DNA of 64,000 nucleotides from Terriglobia bacterium (GCA_965223005.1 CBDCVK010000008.1:180389-244388), one strand, 5' to 3'. Shown: positions 42,033 through 52,797, numbered from the stretch's first letter. Notes: generated from the letters alone by a model not told the origin. Program-made: numbers and translations.

Positions 42033-43292
42033 TCAACGGCGCTCCAGGCGGGTCAGGTCTTCGTAGGTTTCGCGTTCCCGCACCACGCGAAAGGTCTTGC
42101 CACCCACCAGCACTTCCGGGATACGGGGGCGCGAGTTGTAGTTGGAGGCCAGCGAGGCGACGTAGGCACCAGTGGTGAACACCGCCAGCAGCTCTCCGGG
42201 ACGCGCAGCCGGGAGGTGGCGGTCCTGGGCGAAAAAGTCTCCGGTCTCGCACACCGGGCCAACCACGTCACTCACCAGTTCGCGGCGGGTGTTCTTCACG
42301 ACTGGTCGGATTTCGTGGTAAGAGCCGTAGAGGGCGGGCCGCAGCAGGTCGTTCATCGCCGCATCCACGACAAGGAAATTTTTCTCCCCGTTGCGTTTTC
42401 GGTAGAGCACTCGGGTAAGCAAGACGCCGGCCTCTCCCACGATGGAGCGTCCCGGGGCCACAAGGATGTGATAGCGGTCGCGGCCTGCCGAGCGAATCAG
42501 TTCCACCACCCGGCGGGCAAATTCGGCCACGTCCGGACCGGTTTCCCCGAGCCGGTAAGGGACGCCCAGACCGCCGCCCAGATCCAGATAGCGAATGCCG
42601 AGCCCATGACGGCGTAGCCGTTCGGCCAGCTCCAGCAGCTTCTCCAGCGCCTCCAGGAACGGGGACACGTCCAGAATTTGCGAGCCGATGTGGCAGCTGA
42701 TTCCGGCCACCTCCAGCGCGGCCAGTTTTGCGGCCCGCAGGTAGATGGCTTCGGCACGAGCAAACTCAACGCCAAACTTGTGCCGGCGCAGCCCGGTAGC
42801 GATGTAGGGATGGGTTGCCGCGTCCACGTCCGGGTTCACGCGCAGCCCGACCCTCGCCCGGCGCTTGGACTGCCGGGCGCGTCTCGCGAGTCGCTTCAGC
42901 TCGTCTTCCGACTCGGCGTTAAACAGATGGATGCCCGCTTCCAGCGCCGCGTCCATCTCCGCCTCCGTCTTGCCGACGCCGGAGAAGACCACGCCGCGCG
43001 GATCGCCGCCGGCGCGCAGCACACGATGCAGCTCGCCCGCCGAGACGATGTCAAAGCCGGCGCCCAGCCGGGCCAACAGTGCAAGAACCGCCAGGTTGGA
43101 ATTGGCCTTGACCGAATAGCAGACACGATGAGGATAGTCGGCGAAGGCGCGGTCAAAGCGGCGAAAGTTGTGCTCGATGGCGGCGCGGCTGTACACATAG
43201 GCGGGCGTGCCCACGGCTGCGGCAATTTGCTCGGCCGGCACGCCCTCGCAGTGGAGCCGGCCAGCGCGGTAAGGGAAGTGGGTCAGGCGCAT
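42033..43292 (-). CDS. lysA: Diaminopimelate decarboxylase
   Basis: YSVKAN, HIGSQI, DLGGG, GPVCETGD, SNYNSR; start set at MRLTHF. Confidence 0.95.
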   Translation of the reverse strand: MRLTHFPYRAGRLHCEGVPAEQIAAAVGTPAYVYSRAAIEHNFRRFDRAFADYPHRVCYSVKANSNLAVLALLARLGAGFDIVSAGELHRVLRAGGDPRGVVFSGVGKTEAEMDAALEAGIHLFNAESEDELKRLARRARQSKRRARVGLRVNPDVDAATHPYIATGLRRHKFGVEFARAEAIYLRAAKLAALEVAGISCHIGSQILDVSPFLEALEKLLELAERLRRHGLGIRYLDLGGGLGVPYRLGETGPDVAEFARRVVELIRSAGRDRYHILVAPGRSIVGEAGVLLTRVLYRKRNGEKNFLVVDAAMNDLLRPALYGSYHEIRPVVKNTRRELVSDVVGPVCETGDFFAQDRHLPAARPGELLAVFTTGAYVASLASNYNSRPRIPEVLVGGKTFRVVRERETYEDLTRLERR

Positions 43293-45085
43293 GGGGCCGC
43301 TCCCTCGGGGTTGTTCTCGCCGACCTTCAGCACGACCACGGTGCGGTCGTCTGCCGGCTCCTGCCACGCCGCCCAGCGGTGCGCCTCCTCGAAAATTCTC
43401 TCCACCAGTTCCTCGGCGCTTGCTGTGCAATAACGGCAGACCAGCTCCTGGAGACGGTGCCGACCGAATTCCTCGCCGGCGCGGTTCAGGTTCTCCGTGA
43501 TGCCGTCGGAGTAAAAGACGGCGATATCGCCGGGGCGCAACTGGAACGCGTCCGCCTGATACTCGACATTCTCCAGCAGTCCCAGCGGCACGCCCTCCAC
43601 GCGGACCGGCAGCACCTTCCCTCCCTGGCAGAAGATCGGATGGGGCAAGCCGCCGTTGGCGATGTCCAAGGTCCAGGCCTGGGGGTCCAGGAATGCATAG
43701 CAGAGGGCCAGGGAACGCGCCGCGACACGGCGCTGGCAAAGTGCCTGGTTCAGTTGGTGCAGAATGCTCCCGACCGGCTGGCAACGGGCGGCCAGGGTGC
43801 GCAGCAGGCCATGGGAGAGCGCGGCGTAGAGAGCCGCCGGTGCACCCTTGCCGCTGACGTCGCCGGTAAAGACGCCCAGCCCGCGGCAGGAGCTGTCTTC
43901 GTCCTTGTACTCGAGGAAGTCATAGAGGTCACCGCCCAACTCGCGTGCTGGCTCGTATCGGGCGTGAAGCTGGAGGCCGGGGATTTTCGGAAAGTCGCGA
44001 GGCAGCAAGCTGTACGCCAACTCGCGGGCGGCGCGCAGGTCGCTCTCCATCCGGGCTTCTTTCTGGGCCAGTTGCTGGTACAGGCGGGCGTTCTCGATGG
44101 CGATGGCCACCTGCGGCCCCAGCAGCTCCACCATCTGCAGGTGTTGCCTGGTAAAGAAACCCCTGCGTCCGCTTTCCAGGTTCAGCACTCCGATGACTTG
44201 CTCCTTGCTGATCAGCGGCACAGCCAGCTCGGAAAGCGTCTCAGGGTTCACGTTGAGGTAGCCCGGGTCGAGTGTCACGTCCGGAATCAGCAAGCTGCGG
44301 CGCTCGGCGACTGCGCGCCCGACAACGCCCTTGCCCAGGGGAACCGTGCCCTTCTGCCACCCCTGCTCACTGCGGGGCTGGCTCAGGTAAAGCTGGAGCA
44401 GCCCGCGCGGCTGGTCCAACAGAAGCACGTGGAAGCCGTCGTGGCCGATCAGCCGGTGCAGCAGCTCGGCGATTTTCCGAAGCAAGTCGTCCAGGTTCAG
44501 GATGGAAGAGAACTCTCGGCTGATCTCGGTGAGGGTGGCCAGGGTACGGGCCTGCTGCAGCGTGGAACGGTAGAGCCGAGCGTGCTCCACCGCCAGGCCC
44601 AACCGGCCGGCGACCACCGAGAGCAGATCGCGGTGGCGCTCGGTGAGGCAGCCGTCCTGCGTGCACTGCAGGTCGATCACGCCGACCACCCGATCCCGGA
44701 CGATCATGGGGACGGCCAATTCGCAGCACACGTCGTCCCGCGTCTGGATGTAGCGGGCATCGGAGCGAACGTCGGTGACCAGAATCGGGACCCGCTCCGC
44801 CACGGCTGCCCCGGTGATCCCCTGACCAGCCTGAATGCGAAGCGAGCGCACCACTTCCTCGCTGTGCCCGATCGCGTAGCGGATCGACAGCTCCTGGGTG
44901 CTCTCCTCCAGCAGCAGGATGGCCAGGATCTCGTAATCCACCGCCTGCCGGATCACGTCCGCGATTCGCTCTAACAGCTCATCCATATCCAACGAGCTGT
45001 TGGCTACCTCGGCTACCTGCAGCAGGAACTGGAGGGTTTCCGGCTCCGAGCGGACGTCGAAAACCGAGCTGGGCTCCTTCGGCAT
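43283..45085 (-). CDS. GAF-GAF-PP2C (SpoIIE/RsbU-like) phosphatase
   Basis: Two GAF domains; GGDLYD, GDVSGKG, YSDGITE, DDRT. Confidence 0.92.
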   Translation of the reverse strand: MPKEPSSVFDVRSEPETLQFLLQVAEVANSSLDMDELLERIADVIRQAVDYEILAILLLEESTQELSIRYAIGHSEEVVRSLRIQAGQGITGAAVAERVPILVTDVRSDARYIQTRDDVCCELAVPMIVRDRVVGVIDLQCTQDGCLTERHRDLLSVVAGRLGLAVEHARLYRSTLQQARTLATLTEISREFSSILNLDDLLRKIAELLHRLIGHDGFHVLLLDQPRGLLQLYLSQPRSEQGWQKGTVPLGKGVVGRAVAERRSLLIPDVTLDPGYLNVNPETLSELAVPLISKEQVIGVLNLESGRRGFFTRQHLQMVELLGPQVAIAIENARLYQQLAQKEARMESDLRAARELAYSLLPRDFPKIPGLQLHARYEPARELGGDLYDFLEYKDEDSSCRGLGVFTGDVSGKGAPAALYAALSHGLLRTLAARCQPVGSILHQLNQALCQRRVAARSLALCYAFLDPQAWTLDIANGGLPHPIFCQGGKVLPVRVEGVPLGLLENVEYQADAFQLRPGDIAVFYSDGITENLNRAGEEFGRHRLQELVCRYCTASAEELVERIFEEAHRWAAWQEPADDRTVVVLKVGENNPEGAAPCA

Positions 45086-45231
45086 CGTTGTGTCTCTAAA
45101 AACTGTGTCTCTGAAAACTAACTCAAAGCTGTTCCCGGCAACTGATTCTCATTGTCGAGCCGACGACCTGCGCCCACTGTGACCCCCTCCCTTTGGTCCA
45201 ACAAACCGTAACAGGCCATAGCAGGTTTTCC

Positions 45232-46185
45232 CTAATAGGAGGCCGGAGCGCCGGCAGCGGAGGGAGGCTGAGCAGGCTTCCGACCCGCGGCTTCCTCGAG
45301 GATCTTGACGCTGGCGCTGGCGCCGATGCGAGTGGCTCCGGCAGACACCATCCCCTCCATGTCATTCAGCGTGCGAATTCCGCCCGCAGCCTTCACCCCC
45401 AGGCTCTGGCCCACGACGAAGCGCATCAGTTCGACGTCGTAGACCGTGGCGCCTCCGGGGCCGAAGCCGGTTGAGGTCTTGACAAAGTCGGCGCCAGCCG
45501 CCTGTGCCAGCAGGCAGCCGGCAACCTTCTGCTCGTCGTCCAGCAGCGCCGTCTCCAGGATCACTTTGACCGGGGCGCCGTCGGCGTGGCTGACCTCAAC
45601 CACGCCGGCGATGTCCAGCCGCACGCTCTCCAGATCGCCAGAGCGCAACGCGCCAACGTTGATCACCATATCAATTTCCTGCGCCCCAACATGGATGGCT
45701 CGCGCCGCTTCCTGGCGCTTTACCGACGGCAGCGTGGCTCCCAGCGGAAAGCCCACCACGGTCGCGACCCTCACCCGGGTGCCGCGCATCCGCTCGGCCA
45801 CCTGCGGCACCCAGTACGGGTTGACGCAGACGCTGGCAAAGCCATGCTGGCGTGCCTCGTCGCACAGGCGCAGGATGTCGGCCTGGGCCGCCTCGGGCCG
45901 CAGCAAGGTGTGATCAATCAGGGCGGCCAAGCCCAGGGCACTCGCTGGTCCCGCCGGAACCGGCGGCGTCATCGAAACGCGGTAGGCCCCGGCGCTTACT
46001 ATGCGCTCGGTCCGATGCTGGCAGGTGAAGGCACAGTCGCCCCGGCAGCTGGGGCACTGCAGTTCGTCGGGCTCTGCGCCTGCGGCACCACCCACGCTTG
46101 GGTGAGTCAGCCCCGGGTTGGTCAGGCGAAGATAGACCTCCTCGGCAATGGCCTCGATGAGGTTCTCGATATCGGCGGTACTCAT
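45232..46185 (-). CDS. deoC: Deoxyribose-phosphate aldolase with N-terminal extension
   Basis: IDHTLL, VVGFPLG, KVILE, KTSTGF, KAAGGIR, RIGAS. Confidence 0.93.
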   Translation of the reverse strand: MSTADIENLIEAIAEEVYLRLTNPGLTHPSVGGAAGAEPDELQCPSCRGDCAFTCQHRTERIVSAGAYRVSMTPPVPAGPASALGLAALIDHTLLRPEAAQADILRLCDEARQHGFASVCVNPYWVPQVAERMRGTRVRVATVVGFPLGATLPSVKRQEAARAIHVGAQEIDMVINVGALRSGDLESVRLDIAGVVEVSHADGAPVKVILETALLDDEQKVAGCLLAQAAGADFVKTSTGFGPGGATVYDVELMRFVVGQSLGVKAAGGIRTLNDMEGMVSAGATRIGASASVKILEEAAGRKPAQPPSAAGAPASY

Positions 46186-46362
46186 CCGAGTGCCGATTTC
46201 GGGGGTGCAGGTGGCGATATCTTGCGCCGCCGCCGTCTTTTGCCGGGTGGTTTCCGTCGCCGGATTTGCTGCCTTCAGGCAGCCATCATAGCACAGTGTG
46301 GCGAGCCCTCTACTGGCCTTGTTGGCCAGCAGAGGGGCCCCGGCGCTGCGCTCCGGGGGTCC

Positions 46363-46908
46363 TCAGGCCGAATTTTCCAACACGCAGATGTGCGGAAGCT
46401 GCCGGTACCGCTCGCCGTAGTCCAGGCCGTATCCGACCACGAAGGAGTCGGGAATCTCGAAGCCGACGTAGTCCACCCGAATGGGCAGCAGGCGCCGCGA
46501 CGGCTTGTCCAGCAATGTCACGATCTTCAGCGAGCGCGGGCCGCGCGACTCAAGCAGATGGTAGAGATAGTGCAGCGTCAGGCCGGTGTCCACAATGTCT
46601 TCCACGATCAGCACGTCGCGCCCCTCCAGGGGGAGGTCCAGGTCCTTGGTGATCTGGACTTCGCCGGAACTGCTGGACCCTCTGTGGTAGCTGGCGACAG
46701 CGATGAAATCCAGGGAAACTTCCAGCTCCAGCGTCCGCAGCAGATCGGCCAGGAAGATGCTGGCGCCCTTCAGGATGCAGACGAGGTGGAGCGGCCGGCC
46801 CCGGTAGTCGCCGTTGATCTGGGCCCCTATCGCGTGGACGCGTTGCTGGATCTGTTCGCTCGATAGCAGGACTTTCAGTCCGCCGGCGGAAGAAACGCTG
46901 GCGCTCAC
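46363..46908 (-). CDS. hpt: Hypoxanthine phosphoribosyltransferase
   Basis: ILKG, VLIVEDIVDTGLT, FVVGYGLD. Confidence 0.95.
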   Translation of the reverse strand: MSASVSSAGGLKVLLSSEQIQQRVHAIGAQINGDYRGRPLHLVCILKGASIFLADLLRTLELEVSLDFIAVASYHRGSSSSGEVQITKDLDLPLEGRDVLIVEDIVDTGLTLHYLYHLLESRGPRSLKIVTLLDKPSRRLLPIRVDYVGFEIPDSFVVGYGLDYGERYRQLPHICVLENSA

Positions 46909-47229
46909 CTAAGCCGCCCCCAGCGCTCTCTCAATGATCTGCCGCACTTTCTCCGATTCTTCCCGGAAGGCGATGCCGGCTTGCAGTCCTTCCAGCCGCG
47001 CGATCCTGCCGGGCAACGAGAACATGAGGCCGTATTCTTCCACCGAGAAGGTCAGCTCGATTTCGGTACCCAGCGGCGGCCAAGGGTTCTGCGATTCCAG
47101 CAGGATGCCGCCTATGGAAACGTCGCGGGCGATGGCCGTACCTCGCGCGGAAGCGGCGCGAAACAACACCGCTCCCAACGCCGGCAGAGCGTGCCGCTTG
47201 CGTGATCTTCTCTCGGCCCCTTCAGCCAC
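46909..47229 (-). CDS. Single-domain PilZ protein
   Basis: RRSRKR and DVSIGG motifs. Confidence 0.75.
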   Translation of the reverse strand: MAEGAERRSRKRHALPALGAVLFRAASARGTAIARDVSIGGILLESQNPWPPLGTEIELTFSVEEYGLMFSLPGRIARLEGLQAGIAFREESEKVRQIIERALGAA

Positions 47230-47409
47230 AGCGGGCGTCCTCCTTTCAAATTTCGCGCATTATACAAGGAACCCGTCTTTTAAAGGCGCTTGGATGCTCA
47301 GCGTGGTATCAGATCACTCTCATCGGAGGCGGCCCTTCCGGGAGCTCCCAAGACGGGGGTCTTGTAGGGAAGGGGACAGATGTAGTAGGCTTCGCTAGAA
47401 ATTAGCCTT

Positions 47410-47451
47410 GGTTAATATTCCGCGGTTAATATTCTGCGGTTAATATTCTGC
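47410..47451. repeat. Three tandem 14-mers ggttaatattcYgc upstream of the multicopper oxidase
   Basis: Units start at 47410, 47424 and 47438. Confidence 0.9.
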
Positions 47452-47467
47452 GTCTACCCAAGTTCAT

Positions 47468-48475
47468 ATGGCCCGTAAGAGGATTTCCCGAAGAATGTTC
47501 CTGGGAGCGGGGTCGGCTGGCGCTGGCGCGCTGACGGCGGCCGGGCTGCGCTCCGCCAGCCCCGAGGCCAGCCTGGCCAGTCAGCCCGCCAGCAGCCACA
47601 CCGCCGCGCACGACCTGACTACGGTTGGCGACATTGCCCCTGGAGGCCTAGACCCCACCAGCTACCTCGCCGACTTTGACGGCGGCGAGGTTTCCACGCT
47701 GCCCAGCGGCCAGACGCTGCGCCAGTACGAGCTGGTGGCCACGGACCTCGAGATCGAGATTGCCCCAGGCGTCTACTTCCCGGCCTGGACCTACAACGGG
47801 CGGGTGCCGGGCCCCACCATTCGCGCGCGCCAGGGGGACCGCATTCGCATCCGCTTTTCCAATGCCGGAGCACACCCGCATACGATCCATTTCCACGGCT
47901 TCCACCCGGCGGCTATGGACGGAGCCGGGGTGGCGCAGTACGTGCACCCCGGGGAGAACTTCGTCTATGAATTCGACGCCGATCCCTTTGGCCTGCACCT
48001 CTACCACTGCCACACGAACCCTCTGAAGCGGCACATTCACAAGGGGCTCTATGGGGCGTTCATTGTGGATCCGCCCGAGCCGCGGCCCCCAGCCCGCGAG
48101 CTGCTGATGGTGATGAACGGCTTCGACACCAACTTCGACAACGAAAACGAGATCTATGCCGTCAACTCGGTGGCCTTTCATTTTATGCGCCACCCGATCC
48201 GCGTCCGGCTGGGCGAGCTGATTCGGGTCTACCTGGTGAACCTGCTGGAGTTCGACCTCCTCAATTCCTTCCATCTGCACGCCCATTTCTTCCACGAGTA
48301 CAGAACAGGCACGCGGCTGGAACCCGGCAACTACACCGACACGGTGATGCTTTGCCAGGGCGAACGCTCCATCCTGGAGTTTGACTTCCGCTTTCCCGGC
48401 CAATTCATGTTTCACGCACATCAGACCGAGTTTGCCGAGCTGGGCTGGATGGGTTTGTTTGAGGTGGAGCCATGA
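47468..48475 (+). CDS. Tat-exported two-domain multicopper oxidase
   Basis: SRRMFL Tat motif; HTIHFH, YHCH..H, FHLH, MFHAH copper ligands. Confidence 0.9.
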   Translation: MARKRISRRMFLGAGSAGAGALTAAGLRSASPEASLASQPASSHTAAHDLTTVGDIAPGGLDPTSYLADFDGGEVSTLPSGQTLRQYELVATDLEIEIAPGVYFPAWTYNGRVPGPTIRARQGDRIRIRFSNAGAHPHTIHFHGFHPAAMDGAGVAQYVHPGENFVYEFDADPFGLHLYHCHTNPLKRHIHKGLYGAFIVDPPEPRPPARELLMVMNGFDTNFDNENEIYAVNSVAFHFMRHPIRVRLGELIRVYLVNLLEFDLLNSFHLHAHFFHEYRTGTRLEPGNYTDTVMLCQGERSILEFDFRFPGQFMFHAHQTEFAELGWMGLFEVEP

Positions 48476-49659
48476 GCGAGCGGGCAACGGTTCCGGCCGA
48501 GCAACAAGCGCCTGAAGCGCGCCGCTGGGTGGCAGCCCTGCTGCCGCTGTTGGCCATTGCCGCCGGCTTTGTGTTGCTACTAGTGTGGCGGCCTGACCGC
48601 GTCTTCCAAATCGGCGTGCCGCCACCCGAGGAGCTTTCGATCCGGCGCATCGTGCTCCAGCCCGACGAGATCACCCTACAGGTGACCAACGTTGGGCCAG
48701 CCGAACTCACGTTGGCCCAGGTCATTGTGGACAAGGCCTTTTGGACGCACAAGGTCACGCCTGGCCGACGCATCCCGCGGCTGGGGCAAGCCGAGGTGCG
48801 AGTTCCCTATCCCTGGGTGCAGGGCGAAACGCACGAAGTGACGCTGATCACCAGCACCGGCCTGACCTTTACGCGGGAAATCCCAGTGGCCGTGGCCACG
48901 CCGAAACTGGGTTGGCGCGCCGCCGGGCTGTTCACCCTGATGGGAACCTATGTCGGTGTTCTGCCGGTCTTCCTCGGATTGGCCTTCCTCCCCTTTCTCC
49001 GGCGCCTTCCCCGGGGCGGTATGCACTTCCTACTGGCGCTGACGGTGGGCCTGCTGTTTTTCCTGGCGGTGGATGCGTTACACGAGGCGCTGGAAACCGC
49101 CGGACGGATTCCCGGCGCCTACCAACCGTTCGCCCTGATCGCGGCTGGTGTGGCGGGCAGCCTGCTGGCCCTGGCTGCGGCGGGCCAAAGGTCGGCGGCG
49201 GGCGCGCAATCCGAATCCATGGGACTCGCCACTTCCATCAGCATCGGTATCGGGCTGCACAACCTGGGCGAGGGGCTGGCGGTGGGCGCCGCCTTCGCGC
49301 TGGGCGAGGCGGCCCTGGGTACCATGCTGGTGTTGGGCTTCGCACTGCACAACACCACTGAAGGGGTGGCCATCGTGGCCCCCTTGATGCGCGAACGCGT
49401 GAAAATCCGCCAGTTGGTCTGGCTGGGAGCGGTGGCTGGAGTGCCAACGATCTTCGGCGCGTTGATCGGCGGGCTGGTGTACTCGGAGGCCTGGGCCCTG
49501 CTGTTCCTGGCTCTGGGCACCGGCGCCATCCTCCAGGTGCTCTACCAGGTGGGCAAATACTTGACTCGCGCTGGCTCTCTGTTCAGCGCCCCAAACCTGG
49601 CCGGATTTGCGGCTGGATTTCTGGTGATGTTTTCCACGGGGCTGCTGGTGGCCCGGTGA
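48472..49659 (+). CDS. ZIP family metal transporter with an N-terminal soluble domain
   Basis: GLHNLGEG and LHNTTEG motifs; ATGA overlap with the oxidase. Confidence 0.88.
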   Translation: MSERATVPAEQQAPEARRWVAALLPLLAIAAGFVLLLVWRPDRVFQIGVPPPEELSIRRIVLQPDEITLQVTNVGPAELTLAQVIVDKAFWTHKVTPGRRIPRLGQAEVRVPYPWVQGETHEVTLITSTGLTFTREIPVAVATPKLGWRAAGLFTLMGTYVGVLPVFLGLAFLPFLRRLPRGGMHFLLALTVGLLFFLAVDALHEALETAGRIPGAYQPFALIAAGVAGSLLALAAAGQRSAAGAQSESMGLATSISIGIGLHNLGEGLAVGAAFALGEAALGTMLVLGFALHNTTEGVAIVAPLMRERVKIRQLVWLGAVAGVPTIFGALIGGLVYSEAWALLFLALGTGAILQVLYQVGKYLTRAGSLFSAPNLAGFAAGFLVMFSTGLLVAR

Positions 49660-49672
49660 AGTAGACCAACGC

Positions 49673-51961
49673 TCATCTCGCGAAACCAAAGCCCAGCACC
49701 ACCGCTCCCAGTTCGCGCTGCTCCTCGCCCGTCGGCGGAACAGCGCGGTCCAGGCGGATGGTGATCCGGGTGACAGGATGGGGAAGGGAACCGGCCGGCA
49801 CCGGCTGGCGGATGGTGTAGGCCCCGGCTGCACGGTAGGTCTTCTCCACAAGCAGTTCGTTTTCTAGCAAGACAGAGACTGCCACCGACCCGCCCACCCG
49901 CTTCATGTGATTCTCCGGGAAATACAGCCGCAGCTCAAAGCTTACCGGGGATTCCTCCGGGGTCCGCAACACCGCCTGAGCTTCCTTGCTCATCCAGCGC
50001 CAGCTGCCGTCTTCAATGGGATACCATCGTCCCAACAACTGATGCCTGGCACGCAGGTCACCGAGATGAAGGTAGCTGAGGGAGGGATCGCTCACAGGAG
50101 CGGTGGCCGAGCGGGCCGAGGCAGCGGTGGGCCTGTCGGAGCCGAGGGGAACCAGTTCCCCCCAGCCTGCGCGCAGCCCGAGGGAAGCTTCAACCGACAA
50201 CACCACCTCGCGCGCTCCGTCAAGCGACACACGGCGAGGTTCCCATAACTGCTCGTGGACCTTGACTGACTCCTGGAGAAGTACCCGGCCCGATGAGTCC
50301 CGAATCCTGAAGGTGGCCTGGCCGGTTTCGCTTGCAAACAGGGCCAGGCGCAGGCTCTGCCAGGCCGGCTCCAGGGGCAGTCGGACGGAAGCGCCGGGCG
50401 TAGGCAGATACACGAGGCGGCCGTCAAACTGTGTTGGGGTCCAGGGTGCTTCCAAGTTCAGGAAAGGGGAAGTCCTCGCGTAGGTAATGCGGTCCACGGG
50501 CCGGCGTGAAAACGAAAAAGGCAAGAGACCGAAAGTCTCGCTGGAAAAGCCGCTGTGGGCGTAACGGTCCAACAGGCGCAGCGGGCTGCGAACGGAGAGT
50601 TCTTCCACCTCGAGCGGCACGGCCAGGGCTTCCGCCAGGCTGCTGTAGTTTCCTGCCAGCGACATCTCCGAAGAAACAATCCATTCGCCGGGCAACGGCA
50701 CGCTGCTGTGTTGGAGCATGCGCCCGCCCTGTTGGACCATGTAGTAGCGGAAGCCCCACTCGCCGTTTACCAAAAACGTGGCGCCGGGTGGCGGCTGGAG
50801 CTGAGGGTACAACCGGGCAAATTCGTAGGTGGCGAAGGAGAGATTCAGACCGAGAAAGGTATTAAACGCCAGGGCCAGCGCCAACCATCGTGGTCGTGTA
50901 GCGCACTGCCGCACCACCAGCAAGACCATCGGCGCAACCAGGGGCAGCAGGTAGCGCGCGGCTCCGGCAAAGAAAGCCACTGTCGCAAAGGCGAAGTACA
51001 ACAGGCACCAACCGGCTAAGAAGGGCTCGCTGTGACGGGCGTTCCAGAGCCAGAGAAGAGCATGGATCCCGAGAGACACGAAAACGAGCAGCAACGCGCG
51101 CTCCCACCAGGGGTATCCTGGAACCAGCACGGCGGCCAGCAGGCCTGGGACCAGCAGCAGCGGCCGGAGCCGGGACAGCGGCAGCAACGTTACCAGCACG
51201 CCCAGGTGCTGGAGCAGCGCCAGGGCATTGGCACCTTTCAAGCTGAGTTTTCCAAAAGTGGGGCCGGTCATGTAGCCAAGCAACACCGCAAACGGGAGGC
51301 GGTGGATGAGCGCGAATTGCAGCGCCTGCCAGACGCCCAGCACCAGGAAGGGTGCGACCGCGGCCGCCCACGCGGCGCGGGGTGGGCGCACCCGCCGCCA
51401 GGTATAGCTCAGCAACAAGATCGGCGGCAGCGCCAGCGCCTGTAAGGCTACGAAGCCGGCTAACGCTAGGAAGATTCCCCCGGCCAAGAAACGCTCGCGC
51501 AGGTACAAGGCCGCGCCCAGAAGCAGAAACGCCAGCGTCGGCCCCTCCGGTATCGCCAGCGTGTTACTGTTTACCTGCACCAGCGGTGAGGAAGCTACCA
51601 GCAGCGCCGCCCATAGTGGCTGGGTCGTGAAACGCGCGGCCAGCGCGTAGGCCGCAAAACTGATGGTCAAGGCGAACATCAAGTAGGCGCCGTGAAAGAA
51701 CAATGGCGAGAAGCCTCCCCATAGCGCCCAGAGCAAAGCCAGGATGTAGGCATTCAGCGGCGGGTGGGGGTGGCCGGCCATGTCTACCGGGCGCCCCTGG
51801 AACACGTATTGAAAATTCAGCGGGGTCAACGGCCGCTCGAGAACTTGCTTCGCCATGTCCAGGTAATTGACTTCGTCGCCCTGGACCGGCTGGAACAGGA
51901 AAGGAACGTGAAGCAACAGGGTGAACCCGCCCAGCAACAGCAATTGTCGCGAGCGGCTCAT
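49673..51961 (-). CDS. GT-C (PMT/ArnT-like) membrane glycosyltransferase with extracytoplasmic C-terminal domains
   Basis: GDE..Y, HPPL, RYLLP motifs; many TM helices. Confidence 0.7.
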   Translation of the reverse strand: MSRSRQLLLLGGFTLLLHVPFLFQPVQGDEVNYLDMAKQVLERPLTPLNFQYVFQGRPVDMAGHPHPPLNAYILALLWALWGGFSPLFFHGAYLMFALTISFAAYALAARFTTQPLWAALLVASSPLVQVNSNTLAIPEGPTLAFLLLGAALYLRERFLAGGIFLALAGFVALQALALPPILLLSYTWRRVRPPRAAWAAAVAPFLVLGVWQALQFALIHRLPFAVLLGYMTGPTFGKLSLKGANALALLQHLGVLVTLLPLSRLRPLLLVPGLLAAVLVPGYPWWERALLLVFVSLGIHALLWLWNARHSEPFLAGWCLLYFAFATVAFFAGAARYLLPLVAPMVLLVVRQCATRPRWLALALAFNTFLGLNLSFATYEFARLYPQLQPPPGATFLVNGEWGFRYYMVQQGGRMLQHSSVPLPGEWIVSSEMSLAGNYSSLAEALAVPLEVEELSVRSPLRLLDRYAHSGFSSETFGLLPFSFSRRPVDRITYARTSPFLNLEAPWTPTQFDGRLVYLPTPGASVRLPLEPAWQSLRLALFASETGQATFRIRDSSGRVLLQESVKVHEQLWEPRRVSLDGAREVVLSVEASLGLRAGWGELVPLGSDRPTAASARSATAPVSDPSLSYLHLGDLRARHQLLGRWYPIEDGSWRWMSKEAQAVLRTPEESPVSFELRLYFPENHMKRVGGSVAVSVLLENELLVEKTYRAAGAYTIRQPVPAGSLPHPVTRITIRLDRAVPPTGEEQRELGAVVLGFGFAR

Positions 51962-52194
51962 TGCGCCACCACAACGTGCAGGATCCAATCCCACCGTCTC
52001 ACACCGCGAGTGTACGGGTTGCGACGGCTCGACATTGCGGCCAGTTTAGCACGTGGGCCAGAAAGAGCCCGGCACCGGGTGCTTCGAGGGCAAGAAGGGG
52101 AGCGTTGCGCGGCTAAAGCTTCACGATGGCCCTGGCGGTTGCTGTGCTTCCGCTTTCCGGATAACATAGAAACAGTCGCCGAGGACAGAAGCAA

Positions 52195-52797
52195 ATGCTG
52201 ATTCCCATGGTAGTGGAGCAGACGCCGCGTGGCGAGCGCGCCTTCGATATTTATTCCCGGCTACTGCGGGAGAACATTATTTTCCTGGGAACGCCGATCG
52301 ATGACGAGATCGCCAACAACGTCATCGCCCAGATGCTGTTTGTGGCAGCCGAAGACCCGGAACGGGACATCGCCCTGTACATTAACTCGCCTGGGGGCTC
52401 CGTCTCGGCCGGTATGGCGATCTACGACACGATGCAGTTCGTGCGCAACGAGGTTAGCACCATCTGCATGGGACAGGCGGGTAGCATGGCCGCGATCCTG
52501 CTGGCCGCCGGCACGCGCGGCAAGCGCTATGCGCTGCCGCACTCGCGTGTCCTACTGCACCAACCCTCCCTCTACGGGCTTTCTGGACAGGCTACCGACA
52601 TTGACATCTACGCCCGGGAAATCCTGAGGCTGCGGGAACAGCTCAACCGTCTGCTGGCCCAGCACACCGGCCAGTCGGTGGAGAAGACGGAACAGGACGT
52701 GGACCGCGATTTCATCCTCACGCCGGAACAGGCGATCGCCTACGGCCTCGTGGATCAGGTCCTGGAACGCCGACTGGTGCCCGCCTCGGTCCCCTAG
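52195..52797 (+). CDS. clpP: ATP-dependent Clp protease proteolytic subunit
   Basis: [24 protein letters not shown]. Confidence 0.96.
   Translation: MLIPMVVEQTPRGERAFDIYSRLLRENIIFLGTPIDDEIANNVIAQMLFVAAEDPERDIALYINSPGGSVSAGMAIYDTMQFVRNEVSTICMGQAGSMAAILLAAGTRGKRYALPHSRVLLHQPSLYGLSGQATDIDIYAREILRLREQLNRLLAQHTGQSVEKTEQDVDRDFILTPEQAIAYGLVDQVLERRLVPASVP

Noticed and set aside
45089-45118. 15-bp tandem duplication tgtgtctctRaaaac before the phosphatase gene
   Set aside because: Two copies only; consistent with simple slippage
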